Positions 38,084-48,470 of a stretch of 64,000 bases of DNA are shown here, in pieces. Position 1 is the stretch's first letter, and the number at the start of each line of letters is the position of its first letter. The notes under the pieces were generated by a model. The model saw only the letters and a list, made by a program, of their open reading frames with translations, searched no databases and was not told where the DNA came from. The DNA comes from a virus. Taxonomy: Duplodnaviria > Caudoviricetes. The position numbers and the translations under genes are program-made. The stretch covers positions 32,001-96,000 of the IMG/VR virus record IMGVR_UViG_2513237329_000013; one strand, written 5' to 3'.

Positions 38084-38551
38084 ATGAACGGAAACAAGGT
38101 GATTCGAGTGACTTTTGGTGAACGGGTTGAGCAGGCCAAGAAAAAAGCTGAGGAAGAATATCAGGAGAAGCTGGAGCGCTCAAAGCAGTCTGATGTTGAT
38201 GTAAGAGATTTTTTTGATGATGAAGAGCTTGACCGCATTCTTTCGGATAACGAGTTTTTCAATGGAAGAGTTGCCGATCTGTCTAAAATGCAGCGGTATG
38301 AAAAGCTGAAGCTTGCAGCTCGATGGATGAACGATCATAGCATGGAGGTCGTTTGTGTTGACATTGACAAGCCGTCTCAGTCCAGACCGAATGTGGTCGT
38401 TTCGATGGAGCTACGACGTCTCTCTTCCCTTCGCGGACGCGAGTTAAAAATCTTTTCTGCAATGAATGCACTGGCAGACACCGTATTTTTGAGCGGTCTG
38501 AAAGATGAAGCTATTCGTTTCAGCTTTGGAATTGAAAGCCTCTGGCAGTAA
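38084..38551 (+). CDS. Hypothetical protein
   Basis: RBS GGAGGT. Confidence 0.7.
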   Translation: MNGNKVIRVTFGERVEQAKKKAEEEYQEKLERSKQSDVDVRDFFDDEELDRILSDNEFFNGRVADLSKMQRYEKLKLAARWMNDHSMEVVCVDIDKPSQSRPNVVVSMELRRLSSLRGRELKIFSAMNALADTVFLSGLKDEAIRFSFGIESLWQ

Positions 38552-38561
38552 GGAGAAATAT

Positions 38562-38768
38562 ATGAAAGTCCTATATCCGTGGAAAATGATTGGCAGATAT
38601 GCTGATGATGAAGAGATCGAGGTCGGCGGCTTTGACGAAGAAGATTGCATGACACGTCTGATTTCCATGATAGATAAGCATGGCGATTTAGTCTGGTATT
38701 CCGGTGTTTCTGACGAGGATTATGTAGCTGGTGAGTATATCGGACGAGAAAACTTCATCTACGATTAA
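38562..38768 (+). CDS. Hypothetical protein
   Basis: RBS AAGGAG; terminator at 38784-38815. Confidence 0.65.
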   Translation: MKVLYPWKMIGRYADDEEIEVGGFDEEDCMTRLISMIDKHGDLVWYSGVSDEDYVAGEYIGRENFIYD

Positions 38769-38891
38769 CTGAATATAACGACGAAAGACGCTGGAAAAAC
38801 CAGCGTCTTTTTTTTGCACTTTGGTAAGCAAATAGAATTTTTACAAGGTAGTTGTAGTGAGAGAACAACACAACGAGAAAGGATGATTTTG

Positions 38892-39611
38892 ATGACAGTC
38901 AATTACGATAAGTCCTATTTGCCTGCGGGCTATGAAAGGTTCGTGTCTCGCGGATGCGCTGCTGAGGACATTTACCACCTGCGTTTCAACTTCTGCTACA
39001 CGGACGCACAGAGAGATGAAAACAGGCGCGAGCATGACACACTTCCGGAGGACGCTTTGCGCGAGCGGCACAGACAGGCTTGTGAAACCAACAACACCTT
39101 CATGCACAAGGTCATGGAGACCATCGCACAGCAATTTATCTGCTATCAGTACGACAAAGAGCAGGAGCGCAAGATCAACTATGACAGCAATCAGTGGGAT
39201 TTGTTCTTCTGGTGCAGCCATTGGACGAAAGAGAGCGGCTTGACCGGTCGCGACTATACCTACTTCACCCTCGGCATGAATAAGGCGAATACGGTGGAGC
39301 AAAACGCAGAGCTTTGCAAGGAGCTGTTGGAGTTGCTGGAAAGAGCTTTCGGCGACAGCGAAAACCTTGATGTCGCGATTCAGTATTGTCTCCGCTGGGA
39401 TAAGGAGAGGCTGGCAAACGATGCCAAGCTCGCCGCGAAAAAGCTCGTGGGAAAGCGCGTGTCCTTTTACGGCATGGATGGACGGCTGGTGGAGTCAAAC
39501 GGCAAGGTTTATTTTATGAAAAAATATGCAAAAAGCAAGGGCTGCCTGGTTGACGATTCTGATTTGATTCGTTTTGCGGATGAGCTGGAAGAAACGGAGG
39601 CTTTACAATGA
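38892..39611 (+). CDS. Hypothetical protein
   Basis: RBS AAAGGA, downstream of a promoter motif. Confidence 0.7.
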   Translation: MTVNYDKSYLPAGYERFVSRGCAAEDIYHLRFNFCYTDAQRDENRREHDTLPEDALRERHRQACETNNTFMHKVMETIAQQFICYQYDKEQERKINYDSNQWDLFFWCSHWTKESGLTGRDYTYFTLGMNKANTVEQNAELCKELLELLERAFGDSENLDVAIQYCLRWDKERLANDAKLAAKKLVGKRVSFYGMDGRLVESNGKVYFMKKYAKSKGCLVDDSDLIRFADELEETEALQ

Positions 39612-39970
39612 GATATTTCAGTACACAGCGTCCCGTAGCGCCTGGGGCATTTCCAAAGCCCGCTGATAATAAGGTGCTGGCCGTGGACAACTTCGACACC
39701 TTTGATGGGCGCAAGTTATGCCCAGCTATTGGGCTGGAAGCTTACGGTTATATTGACTATGAAAAACCTCTGACGGCAGAACAGTCAGCCGATTATGAGC
39801 TGATTCCGCAGAAGTTCCCGCAGTATGTTAAGACATATGATGGATATATTGGCGTTCTGGTTGGCTTAGACTACGGGGAATTTCCAATCTATCGTTTCCC
39901 AGGCGGCGAGCGGGTTGCAGATCGGTACGAGATTGAGACTGGCAGCAACGCCCGCTCCGATCTTGAATGA
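39608..39970 (+). CDS. DarA C-terminal-like domain protein
   Basis: YFSTQRPVAPGAFP...GYIDYEKPLT.EQ..DYEL pattern. Confidence 0.65.
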   Translation: MRYFSTQRPVAPGAFPKPADNKVLAVDNFDTFDGRKLCPAIGLEAYGYIDYEKPLTAEQSADYELIPQKFPQYVKTYDGYIGVLVGLDYGEFPIYRFPGGERVADRYEIETGSNARSDLE

Positions 39971-40137
39971 AAACATAGGAGGTATGAACATTGGCTGTAC
40001 TGTGTTTTGTTTTTCTGGTAGTCAAGCTGACTTATGATGGTTGTAAAACGGCGTATGCAAAATGGTACGCGGAAAACTGTAACCCGTACCGCGCATATCG
40101 TCAGGCAGTGAATGAGAACAGATGATGGAGGTCATAT

Positions 40138-41052
40138 ATGAGCTTACTTGATAAGTTTAACAGTATTGAGGTAAAGGCGGATACTCGTATTTCGGAGTGT
40201 GATCGTGAGTTTTGCATGGTCTATCATGAGGCTTATGTCAAAGGTCGCGCTGCATTGAAGTCCTTGCGTCAGTCAGTTGAGGAATATTTGAATGAGCAGC
40301 AGTCGATCATCTCTCGCGTTGTTCCAAAAGATGAGATGTACGACAGGTCGTTTTTTCTTGGGGACAGCGTACATGTCCATGATATCACAAGCCGTTTGCG
40401 TAACGCACATCATGTTCTCATTAGCGTCCTTGTTTCCTACTTTGAGAGAACATATAAGGTTTCGTTGGAGGCAAGCAAAATTGAAGAAGTTCTTCTTCCG
40501 AAAGAGCCAGATCGTTATGCGTCGCTCAGCAGTGCTGAATACAAAGAATATTATGATGCTGTGGAAAACACGGAATTGAAGTACGAAGACATTCTCGACC
40601 AAATTTTCATTCAGCTTGGCGGTTTTTCGTTCCAGGAAAAGGCACTGAACGAGCTGAAGCAGAAAGCTCACGATGCTGCATGGAACAAATATTACGGGAA
40701 CAAGTGTTATGAACAGAAAAAGGCTGTCATTTCCTTTTCTCACTATGCTTGTAGCTTTGATAGCTGGCACGAAGAGTATTATCACGGTGAGCATGAGATT
40801 CAGCTTACTGACGGAATGAAAAATGTCGTTCGCGCTCTTGCATATTTTGAGTGCGGCACTGCGGATAACATTCCTTGGATGCTCAATACTCTGCTTGGAT
40901 ATCAGTGGAAAACTTACAACACGGAAATGCAGCTTGGATTGGAAAAGCTGAAGAGTATCAAGTGTTTCAAAAACGGTCGCGTGGATGTTCGCTTTACCAG
41001 CGAGGCATTCGCCCGTGAGTTTGCAGAGATGTTTCTTGGAAATGAACTTTGA
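40138..41052 (+). CDS. DUF4942-like protein
   Basis: C-terminal IKCFKNGRVDVRF motif. Confidence 0.6.
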   Translation: MSLLDKFNSIEVKADTRISECDREFCMVYHEAYVKGRAALKSLRQSVEEYLNEQQSIISRVVPKDEMYDRSFFLGDSVHVHDITSRLRNAHHVLISVLVSYFERTYKVSLEASKIEEVLLPKEPDRYASLSSAEYKEYYDAVENTELKYEDILDQIFIQLGGFSFQEKALNELKQKAHDAAWNKYYGNKCYEQKKAVISFSHYACSFDSWHEEYYHGEHEIQLTDGMKNVVRALAYFECGTADNIPWMLNTLLGYQWKTYNTEMQLGLEKLKSIKCFKNGRVDVRFTSEAFAREFAEMFLGNEL

Positions 41053-41064
41053 TGGAGGTACGTT

Positions 41065-41259
41065 ATGACAAAGCAAGAACGGCTTATTGTATCGGCTTAT
41101 ACCGGTGTGTTGATGTGTGACTTTTCGGAGTTTCAGATTTATGTGGAACAGCTCTTACAGCGACCAATTTTCACACATGAGCTTGCAATGGCAGATGTAT
41201 GGCAAGAGATCAAGGAAAAATCTAAACCGGCGTTTCTGGCTCTATGTCGGGATGAATAG
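41065..41259 (+). CDS. Conserved phage hypothetical protein
   Basis: SAYTG.L...F....E.LL.RP..THEL. Confidence 0.7.
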   Translation: MTKQERLIVSAYTGVLMCDFSEFQIYVEQLLQRPIFTHELAMADVWQEIKEKSKPAFLALCRDE

Positions 41260-41268
41260 GAGGCATAT

Positions 41269-41544
41269 ATGGGAAAGTGCATTACAAGTTGTGGGAAGGA
41301 CAAAGCTCGTTGCTGTACAGATGATTGTTTTCTTCGTGTTACAGAAGGTAGCCGCCTGAGAGATTTGAAGTACAACAATATTGCGTGTTTCTGTAGCGGA
41401 TTGTCCATCTATGATGACGGAAAAGAGGTTTCCTGCGGTTTTATTGGAGAGGTTCTTCGTTCCGTTGCACATCTGGCGGATCGTGAGGTCGAGAGCTGCA
41501 ACACATTTTTCGATATGTTTGTGATTCGCCTTAAAAAGAAGTAA
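41269..41544 (+). CDS. Cys-rich hypothetical protein
   Basis: RBS AGGAGG. Confidence 0.65.
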   Translation: MGKCITSCGKDKARCCTDDCFLRVTEGSRLRDLKYNNIACFCSGLSIYDDGKEVSCGFIGEVLRSVAHLADREVESCNTFFDMFVIRLKKK

Positions 41545-41591
41545 GCAAATCAATATACCAGTGGGTAGTTATAGTGTATTGGAGGTGTAGC

Positions 41592-44500
41592 ATGAAATAC
41601 AAATATTTAGGCCAGTCGATTCCGCAAGATAGCCGCCGTGAATTAAATAATAAGATTCTTTATCTTGTAGATAACGATTTGGTTGAGTCTTCCGGTATTA
41701 CCTGCGAGGATATCTATAACGCTTACACTGGCGATGGTGGATTGCACGGTCTGCGCTATTCTGATTACAACAGCTATTCCGAATACTCCAGCGCAAAGAA
41801 AGAAATTGAAAACGGTCAATTTTTCACACCGGATAGCGTGTGCAAGTTTATCATGGATTGTCTCTCGTTGAGCAATCAGGATGTTTTTGCAGATCTGACA
41901 TGTGGGATGGGCAATTTTTTCAATTACGCACCGATGGAGGCAAACGCTTATGGTTGCGAATTGGATGCGAAAGCTTATAAGGTTGCACATTATCTATATC
42001 CAAAAGCAAATTTGACCTGTGGAGATATTCGCAGTTATGAACCTGGTATCAAGCTGGACTATGTTATTGGGAATCCTCCTTTCAATCTTCGTTGGTGGGT
42101 GGATGGCGCACAGATTCTTTCTCAGCTTTACTATTGCCAGAAAGCCGCAGCTTTGCTAAAGCCTATGGGCATTATGGCGCTTGTTGTGCCGAAGTCATTT
42201 CTTGCGGATGATTTTAGTGATAGCGGATTGATTAAGGAGATGGAAAAGCATTTTAGTTTCCTTGGTCAGTTTATGCTTCGCGCAGATACTTTCGCATCAA
42301 TGGGAGTTGCCGATTATGAGACAAAGGTGCAATTTTGGCAGCGTAATAGTGATATGGATAGCTGGAAACGGAATCCGTACTCCACAGAGATGACAATGCA
42401 AGTGGATTGTATGAACGCAGCTATGGTCAGAAAGGTTCGTGAACAGATCGTAGCGGATGCTCAGGCGGTATTCGTGAAAAATCGTTCGCACATTTTACTG
42501 GAACTCGCAAGAGATCATGATTCATCTGCTGAGTTTTTGTACAATGTGAAGAAATACCTATACGCAATTAAAACGCACCCAAATCTCAAAGAAAAATACA
42601 CGAAATGCTGTGAATATCTCAATCGTTACTATACGGAGAAACAGCCTGAAAGTATGTCTTATGAAGAGTGGTGTCGCGTCCGCTTGACTGAGGCAAAAGT
42701 ATTGGCTTATTTACGGAATGTCGTAAAGTATCAGCACCCCGCTCAGTACGAGGATAAAATTTGTCTTGTAAAACGAGACTATGATCTTGTGTATAAGGCA
42801 TATAGCCCCAAAATGGCGCGTCAATTATCGGATGAGATGAAAACGCCTACTCCGATTTATGATATTGCCATCAGTGAAGAAGATACAGAGCGATATGGAA
42901 GATACGCTCGGCTTTTGCGTCGCAAACAGCACGAATACAGTATTGAACAGCAAAAGTTTTCTGAAATGATTGAAGATGCTGACATTAAGTCGTGGCTGGA
43001 TGGTTTTGTTCTGCATGATGAAGAAAATGAAGAAGATATTATGCTGAACAATTTGCAAAAACACGACATCAATCTTGTTCTACAAAAGCGATATGCTCTT
43101 TTGCAGTGGGAACAGGGCTGCGGTAAGACTCTTGCTGGTATTGCTATTGGGCGTTATAGGATGGAACAGAAGAATGCGTTTTGCACGTTTGTTGTCTCTT
43201 CTGCAATCTCAATCAAGAACACCTGGGATGTCATGCTCCCTAATTTCGGAGTCAGATATGTTATGGTGAACAAGCTCGTTGATCTTGACAAGGTGCAGCG
43301 TGGAGATTTTGTCCTTATTACGCTGAACAAGCTTGGCAAATATCGTAAACAAGTAAAGCGCTGGGTGAGGATTCATAATCAAAATGTCGCACTTTGCTTT
43401 GATGAGAGCGATGAGATGACGAATCCATCCAGTTTACGCACGAAGTCTGTTCTGGACTGCTTTCGACGCTGCCGTTTTAAGCTTGAGATGACCGGTACAA
43501 GTACACGGAATAATATCAGCGAGTTTGCGCCGCAGTTGGAATTGGCCTATAACAATTCGTTCAACATGATTTCCTGGTGCAATACAATCTATCATTATGA
43601 TCGAGCCAGCAAGAAAGACGGCGTTGAAGAAGGTCTCCATGTATATGGGAATCCGTATTATGGACAGCCTATCCCCGCATATCACAAGGGGTATAACCTT
43701 TTTGCAGATTCTCACCTTCCGGAAAAGATCACGGTCTTTGGCGTTGGACAGAGAACACAGGATATTTATAATGCGGACGAACTGGATAACATTCTTTCCA
43801 GATTTGTGATTACACGGACGCTGGAAGAAATATCAGGCAGAGATATCAAGCGTATCCACCAAGTCCCCGTTCGTTTTACGGAAAGCGAACGCGCGGTTTA
43901 TACCAAAGCGATTGAAGAGTTTCATGTCATGCGTGGTAATTATTTTGCTTCGACTGGAAATTCTCGCAAGGATTCCATGATGCGGCTTATTCAGCAAATT
44001 ACGCTATTGCTCAGAATCAGCGCAGCCCCTAATACAATTCGTGAGTATGACGGAGGTTTGCCGACGAAAATTGCAAAAGTGATTGAAATGCTGCAGAGCA
44101 TGAGCGGTGAGATCGTAGCAATCGGTGTACGGCACAAGGTTGTTGTTGATGCTTATGCAAAGGCAATTCGAGAGATCATGCCAGACAGACCTCTGTTTGT
44201 TGTTACGGGATCTACCACGACGCTTGCAAAGCGTAGAGCATTGCGTAAGACCTTAAAAGAAAGCAAGAATGGAATCTTACTTTGTACACAGCAAAGCTTG
44301 CCAAGTTCTGTGAGCTTTGAATATGTGGATAAGGTAATAATTCCGGAGCTGCACTACAACAATTCTCGGATGAGCCAGTTTTATATGCGTTTTATTCGCT
44401 TTACTTCTAAGCGGATGAAGGATATCTATTTTGTTACCTATCTTGGTAGCATTGAGTCGAACCAGATGCAGATGGTGCTTGCCAAGGAAAAGATCAATAT

Positions 44501-44645
44501 GTTCATGCGAGGGAAAGATACCGACTTGGATGAAATCTATAATCGGTTTGGTGTGGACTATAATCTTCTGTCTGCTCTGATGTCACGCGAGGTGGATGAG
44601 AACGGGAAATTCCATATCAGGTGGGGCGAACAAGAAATTGCATGA
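41592..44645 (+). CDS. N6-adenine methyltransferase-SNF2 helicase fusion (DarB-like)
   Basis: GQFFTP, DLTCGMGNF, GNPPF; QGCGKT, DESD, TGT, motif VI QFYMRF.R. Confidence 0.85.
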   Translation: MKYKYLGQSIPQDSRRELNNKILYLVDNDLVESSGITCEDIYNAYTGDGGLHGLRYSDYNSYSEYSSAKKEIENGQFFTPDSVCKFIMDCLSLSNQDVFADLTCGMGNFFNYAPMEANAYGCELDAKAYKVAHYLYPKANLTCGDIRSYEPGIKLDYVIGNPPFNLRWWVDGAQILSQLYYCQKAAALLKPMGIMALVVPKSFLADDFSDSGLIKEMEKHFSFLGQFMLRADTFASMGVADYETKVQFWQRNSDMDSWKRNPYSTEMTMQVDCMNAAMVRKVREQIVADAQAVFVKNRSHILLELARDHDSSAEFLYNVKKYLYAIKTHPNLKEKYTKCCEYLNRYYTEKQPESMSYEEWCRVRLTEAKVLAYLRNVVKYQHPAQYEDKICLVKRDYDLVYKAYSPKMARQLSDEMKTPTPIYDIAISEEDTERYGRYARLLRRKQHEYSIEQQKFSEMIEDADIKSWLDGFVLHDEENEEDIMLNNLQKHDINLVLQKRYALLQWEQGCGKTLAGIAIGRYRMEQKNAFCTFVVSSAISIKNTWDVMLPNFGVRYVMVNKLVDLDKVQRGDFVLITLNKLGKYRKQVKRWVRIHNQNVALCFDESDEMTNPSSLRTKSVLDCFRRCRFKLEMTGTSTRNNISEFAPQLELAYNNSFNMISWCNTIYHYDRASKKDGVEEGLHVYGNPYYGQPIPAYHKGYNLFADSHLPEKITVFGVGQRTQDIYNADELDNILSRFVITRTLEEISGRDIKRIHQVPVRFTESERAVYTKAIEEFHVMRGNYFASTGNSRKDSMMRLIQQITLLLRISAAPNTIREYDGGLPTKIAKVIEMLQSMSGEIVAIGVRHKVVVDAYAKAIREIMPDRPLFVVTGSTTTLAKRRALRKTLKESKNGILLCTQQSLPSSVSFEYVDKVIIPELHYNNSRMSQFYMRFIRFTSKRMKDIYFVTYLGSIESNQMQMVLAKEKINMFMRGKDTDLDEIYNRFGVDYNLLSALMSREVDENGKFHIRWGEQEIA

Positions 44646-44747
44646 TGTGGTAAGCAAACGCAATATCTTGTGGGTAAATATATCAGAGGACACAAAAAGC
44701 CTTTTATCTTAGCAAAGGAGTTAGCAAATCAATATTGGAGGTGTCAT

Positions 44748-44888
44748 ATGAGCTACTCTTTCATCCATCGCGGAGGGCATATTGAAGTTGTTGACGCTAT
44801 GGGACGATTTGTTTTGTCGGCAGATACAATAGCGGAAGCGTATAAGGAGTTGGCAAAAGAACTGGAAGCGTCAAGAAAGATCGAATAA
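44748..44888 (+). CDS. Small hypothetical protein
   Basis: RBS GGAGGTG. Confidence 0.6.
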   Translation: MSYSFIHRGGHIEVVDAMGRFVLSADTIAEAYKELAKELEASRKIE

Positions 44889-44929
44889 AATAAGCCTCCC
44901 CGAAACGGGGAGGCGGAAAGAGAGCATAT

Positions 44930-45133
44930 ATGGAAGAGACTTTCGTAAGAATGCGCAAAGCAAATGGTGTAACGCAGCGAATGAAAGATTTCTGGACGGT
45001 TTCTGTGAAGGATGGAAAATATGTGATATCAGCTAATGGACAACCGATTTGTCATGGCACTGTTCAACTTGGACAGACATGCGAAGTCATTCTTCGTGAG
45101 TGTTGCGGCGGAGTTTTCAGTAGGGTTAGTTAG
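44930..45133 (+). CDS. Hypothetical protein
   Basis: 67 aa ORF, weak RBS. Confidence 0.45.
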   Translation: MEETFVRMRKANGVTQRMKDFWTVSVKDGKYVISANGQPICHGTVQLGQTCEVILRECCGGVFSRVS

Positions 45134-45740
45134 TAATTCTCTTCTGAAGATATACACGGCGCATGTCATTCTCCCAGGCGGTTTTTCTGTGATATCTTGT
45201 CCATTTCACATATTCAGACCAGCGGTGTTCAGATGCTTCTTTGGATAGGCCAAATACGCGCTTGATATCTGATGGAGATTCAATTCTGAGTATCTCATAC
45301 AGCGGCATAGGGCAAAGTAATGTGGCGGCAAATTGATCTGCCTCCGATTCAAACTCCGGAGCAGTAAGGTTGTTAAAACCGTTTTCTGCAAGCATTGGTT
45401 CTGCGACCAGCGGAAGGTGCTTTAGGATGACATGTCCAAGTTCATGTGCTTTTGTCCATAATCTTCTCCCATCAACATTGTTATCGGCGCAATCTTCATT
45501 CCACAAGATAAGATAACGGTCATTTGCAATGTCATAGTGCGTACAGCCAGATTTACTTTCACACAGAATGATTACATCCAGAACGGTACACTGGTTGATT
45601 GTAGCAAACTCCTGATAGGTCAGCGCTCTACAGTTTGGCAATTGTGCAAGGATATCGTAGGTGCAGATTGGGAATGAGATGCTGTCCATTCCCCTATACA
45701 CTTGCAATACTTGATTGTATATGTAAGGATATCTAATCAC
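45126..45740 (-). CDS. ImmA/IrrE metallopeptidase
   Basis: RRLWTKAHELGH...E.EADQFA..LLCP. Confidence 0.9.
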   Translation of the reverse strand: MIRYPYIYNQVLQVYRGMDSISFPICTYDILAQLPNCRALTYQEFATINQCTVLDVIILCESKSGCTHYDIANDRYLILWNEDCADNNVDGRRLWTKAHELGHVILKHLPLVAEPMLAENGFNNLTAPEFESEADQFAATLLCPMPLYEILRIESPSDIKRVFGLSKEASEHRWSEYVKWTRYHRKTAWENDMRRVYLQKRITN

Positions 45741-45796
45741 GGATATATACCTCCAGTGGGATGTAGTATATCATATTCGGTGTCCAATAAAGCGGA

Positions 45797-46144
45797 CTAA
45801 TTCTCGTCCTTAAAGGCATATTCAAAGCCAAGACGGATCATCTTCATCATTTTTTCACGATCTTGTGCTGACATTTTTGATTTTGCTCGCTGCAAGGATA
45901 CAAAATCATCATCCGATAACAGTTCTTCCGCAGATGACGGAATGTCTGATAGTCCAATTAAGTAATCAGATGAAACGCCAAAGTATTTTGCGATGATCTT
46001 AACCTTATCAATAGACGGTGAAGTGTTTGTTTTCCATTTGCGGATTAAGGATGTCCCGATTCCGAGATCTTCTTCCAATTTTGCCATAGTGATCCCGCGC
46101 TCAGCGCAAAGCTCCTTTATTCTAAGATACAAAATTGATTCCAT
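45797..46144 (-). CDS. XRE/CI-like repressor
   Basis: HTH_3 pattern, paired with the ImmA gene. Confidence 0.9.
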   Translation of the reverse strand: MESILYLRIKELCAERGITMAKLEEDLGIGTSLIRKWKTNTSPSIDKVKIIAKYFGVSSDYLIGLSDIPSSAEELLSDDDFVSLQRAKSKMSAQDREKMMKMIRLGFEYAFKDEN

Positions 46145-46160
46145 ATGGTTGTCCTCCAAT

Positions 46161-46245
46161 GCAGATAATATTTTCACGCTTTTCTATTGACAGCGATAAG
46201 ATATTCTGCTATACTGCGTAGTGTCGATAAGATATTATCGCTATG
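46161..46245 (+). promoter_or_regulatory. Divergent promoter with putative repressor operators
   Basis: TTGACA(46187)-17-TATACT overlapped by the repeat CGATAAGATATT (46194, 46226). Confidence 0.7.
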
Positions 46246-46313
46246 GTTGAAATTATAGACCATATTTTCGCGGCTGTCAACATGATAATCAATATTGGAG
46301 GGTGTGTATCAGG

Positions 46314-46745
46314 ATGAATGTATTAAACGGTTCAGAGCAGTATGAGATGAGAGCAGAAGATTTTGGTATGGAGAGCGCACAGTCCGATAAGATCGTCCTC
46401 CCGTATCTTGGGATGTTATGGGGAGATTTTCTTTTGGATATTATGAACGCCGTATCTCGAAAGATGACGCTTCCTCATGACGCATTGTATGAGCAGCTTG
46501 TAAAACAAGTTTCTGCTGGATTCTCTTTTAATGTTCAGCCGGCGCAAATTCGTATCATTGCCTATGTTGATGTATTCCCGTTTGACGGAACATCGTTTCG
46601 TGATAGAGTTTTTGTTCAGGCCAGTAATGATGAGATTGCCTCGGTGTTGGACAGGTTTTTTCAATGTGGTTGTTGTGGATTGGATGATGACTATTCTACA
46701 TATTATCACGAAAAATATATGGCGTGGCGCGAAGCAAAAAAATAA
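46314..46745 (+). CDS. Hypothetical protein
   Basis: RBS GGAGG. Confidence 0.65.
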   Translation: MNVLNGSEQYEMRAEDFGMESAQSDKIVLPYLGMLWGDFLLDIMNAVSRKMTLPHDALYEQLVKQVSAGFSFNVQPAQIRIIAYVDVFPFDGTSFRDRVFVQASNDEIASVLDRFFQCGCCGLDDDYSTYYHEKYMAWREAKK

Positions 46746-46849
46746 AACTTATTTAGCAATTTCCTATTGACAAACGGCTTCCGCTGCGCTATACTATCAC
46801 TTGTAAGGAACAAGTTAAACAACTTATAATTTGAATAGGAGGGTGGCGC

Positions 46850-47809
46850 GTGGATAACAGTAGTTACCGTAGCCAGTATATTGCCTCTGATACTGCGAAA
46901 GTGTCTGAACAGTCCGCAAATGCGGTAATTGCATTTTGGAGGCGTGTCGCAAAGGCAGAGGGTGAAATCGGAAAGAATCTGGAAGATGGGTATTCAAAAG
47001 CAGAATACATCGAGCTGATCTCGAAGTTGAATATCACAAGCCCCAACGTCCTGCTTCCTACAAAAAGCCGAATCGGAAAGTATTTGAAGTGGCTGCGAGA
47101 AAAAGGTGTTCTTGAAAAAGAGTATGTCGATAATCTTTACGCCATTCGATACAATGCGATTAACGCAAATCATGTTTACGACAGCAAGTATTTCAAGGAT
47201 TTTGAGTCGTTACAATCTGCGATTGAATCTACCTTGTGGGCTGCTGAGAAAGTTGATGATAGCGTCTTTGCTCTTCAAATCTCTGCAATTTACTTTGCGT
47301 GGCTTGGTTTACACATCGAGGAGGCACTTCAAATCAAGAAAGATGATATTAAAGATGATTGTGTAAAAATCGGAGATCGAACCATCATTCCAAACAGTAC
47401 GATTATGGCGTATCTTTGTGATTACCGTGATGCGGTTGACTACGAGTCTCAAGCAAAGGGTGTCATTCGTTTGAAGTATACAAACTCCGAATGGCTGTTT
47501 CGCACCGCTCGCTCGACGCATGTGGATGTACCTAAGGTAATGAGGATCTTCATTCGTAACTTCGGTTTGGCCGGCAATGAAGAAGCAAATATCTTTAATT
47601 ATGATAAGGTGTACTGGTCTGGCATATTCAGCCGTGCGTATGAATATGAGCAGGAAAACGGTGAAATTGAGGCTGGCAACATCCCACTTCTTGAAAATTT
47701 GTTTAATGAAAAGTATCCATCTGTTTCTGTAGCGCATAAGCGTTTGCATGAATATCAAGGTTTCAAGCAGCATTTCTTTTCTGATATCGCCTCCAATGAG
47801 GAAGCTTAA
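46850..47809 (+). CDS. MrpR/YopR-like repressor (degenerate tyrosine-recombinase fold)
   Basis: LGL..EE.LQIKKDDI and VYWSG segments, no intact catalytic set; promoter TTGACA(46767)-17-TATACT. Confidence 0.65.
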   Translation: MDNSSYRSQYIASDTAKVSEQSANAVIAFWRRVAKAEGEIGKNLEDGYSKAEYIELISKLNITSPNVLLPTKSRIGKYLKWLREKGVLEKEYVDNLYAIRYNAINANHVYDSKYFKDFESLQSAIESTLWAAEKVDDSVFALQISAIYFAWLGLHIEEALQIKKDDIKDDCVKIGDRTIIPNSTIMAYLCDYRDAVDYESQAKGVIRLKYTNSEWLFRTARSTHVDVPKVMRIFIRNFGLAGNEEANIFNYDKVYWSGIFSRAYEYEQENGEIEAGNIPLLENLFNEKYPSVSVAHKRLHEYQGFKQHFFSDIASNEEA

Positions 47810-47858
47810 AAGGCGAAAAGCCTTTTAGGTTTTACATAGGAATTAGCTAAACAAGATA

Positions 47859-47916
47859 TGTCTGAATAGTTTCCGGTGAAACGCAGTTGAGAGCAGGTTC
47901 AACTCCTGAGCGGATA
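47859..47916 (+). ncRNA. tRNA-like element lacking an anticodon arm
   Basis: Acceptor-like TGTCTG/CGGATA, D-like arm, T arm CAGG-TTCAACT-CCTG. Confidence 0.4.
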
Positions 47917-47929
47917 CAAAGCTAATCTT

Positions 47930-48208
47930 ATGAACGAGAGAGGGGTGATGCGATTGGTTGGGTGTCAGTATTGCAAGAAAGCTCGTGCTTTCTGGGCTTA
48001 CGATAGCCACGGAAGTCCTCACGGAAGCTATCAGAACGCACATATTGAGGTTGGAACGAATATCTTCCACGATACCGCTGGGCGGCAAATGCGCATTCGT
48101 TACTGTCCTATGTGCGGAAGATCTCTGCTGGATACCTCAGATGCGGGGGGGGTAACACAAGTGTTGTTTCCATTTTTGCAGCCCCGAAATCGTCTCGCCG
48201 TATCCTAA
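47930..48208 (+). CDS. Zn-ribbon hypothetical protein
   Basis: CQYC...IRYCPMCGRSL. Confidence 0.65.
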   Translation: MNERGVMRLVGCQYCKKARAFWAYDSHGSPHGSYQNAHIEVGTNIFHDTAGRQMRIRYCPMCGRSLLDTSDAGGVTQVLFPFLQPRNRLAVS

Positions 48209-48230
48209 CTTAAATTAAGGAGTGTATGAA

Positions 48231-48470
48231 ATGGCTAACAAGCGAAACGACAGCGGTTACTTCTGGGTTGATAAGACTTTGACCTGTAACGGCTGTAAGT
48301 TCCTCAACTTTTACAAGTGTGGTTGCCGACGCAACCAAGAGCCTGGAAAGGTTCGTCCGCTTTCGTCCTATACCAATGGCGATGATTATGTCGCGGTTCT
48401 CAAGCCTACGGACTGCGATTATCAGAAAGAGCAGAAGCCGCAGGTTAAGGATGATAAGGAGAATGAGTAA
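48231..48470 (+). CDS. Hypothetical protein
   Basis: RBS AAGGAG. Confidence 0.65.
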   Translation: MANKRNDSGYFWVDKTLTCNGCKFLNFYKCGCRRNQEPGKVRPLSSYTNGDDYVAVLKPTDCDYQKEQKPQVKDDKENE

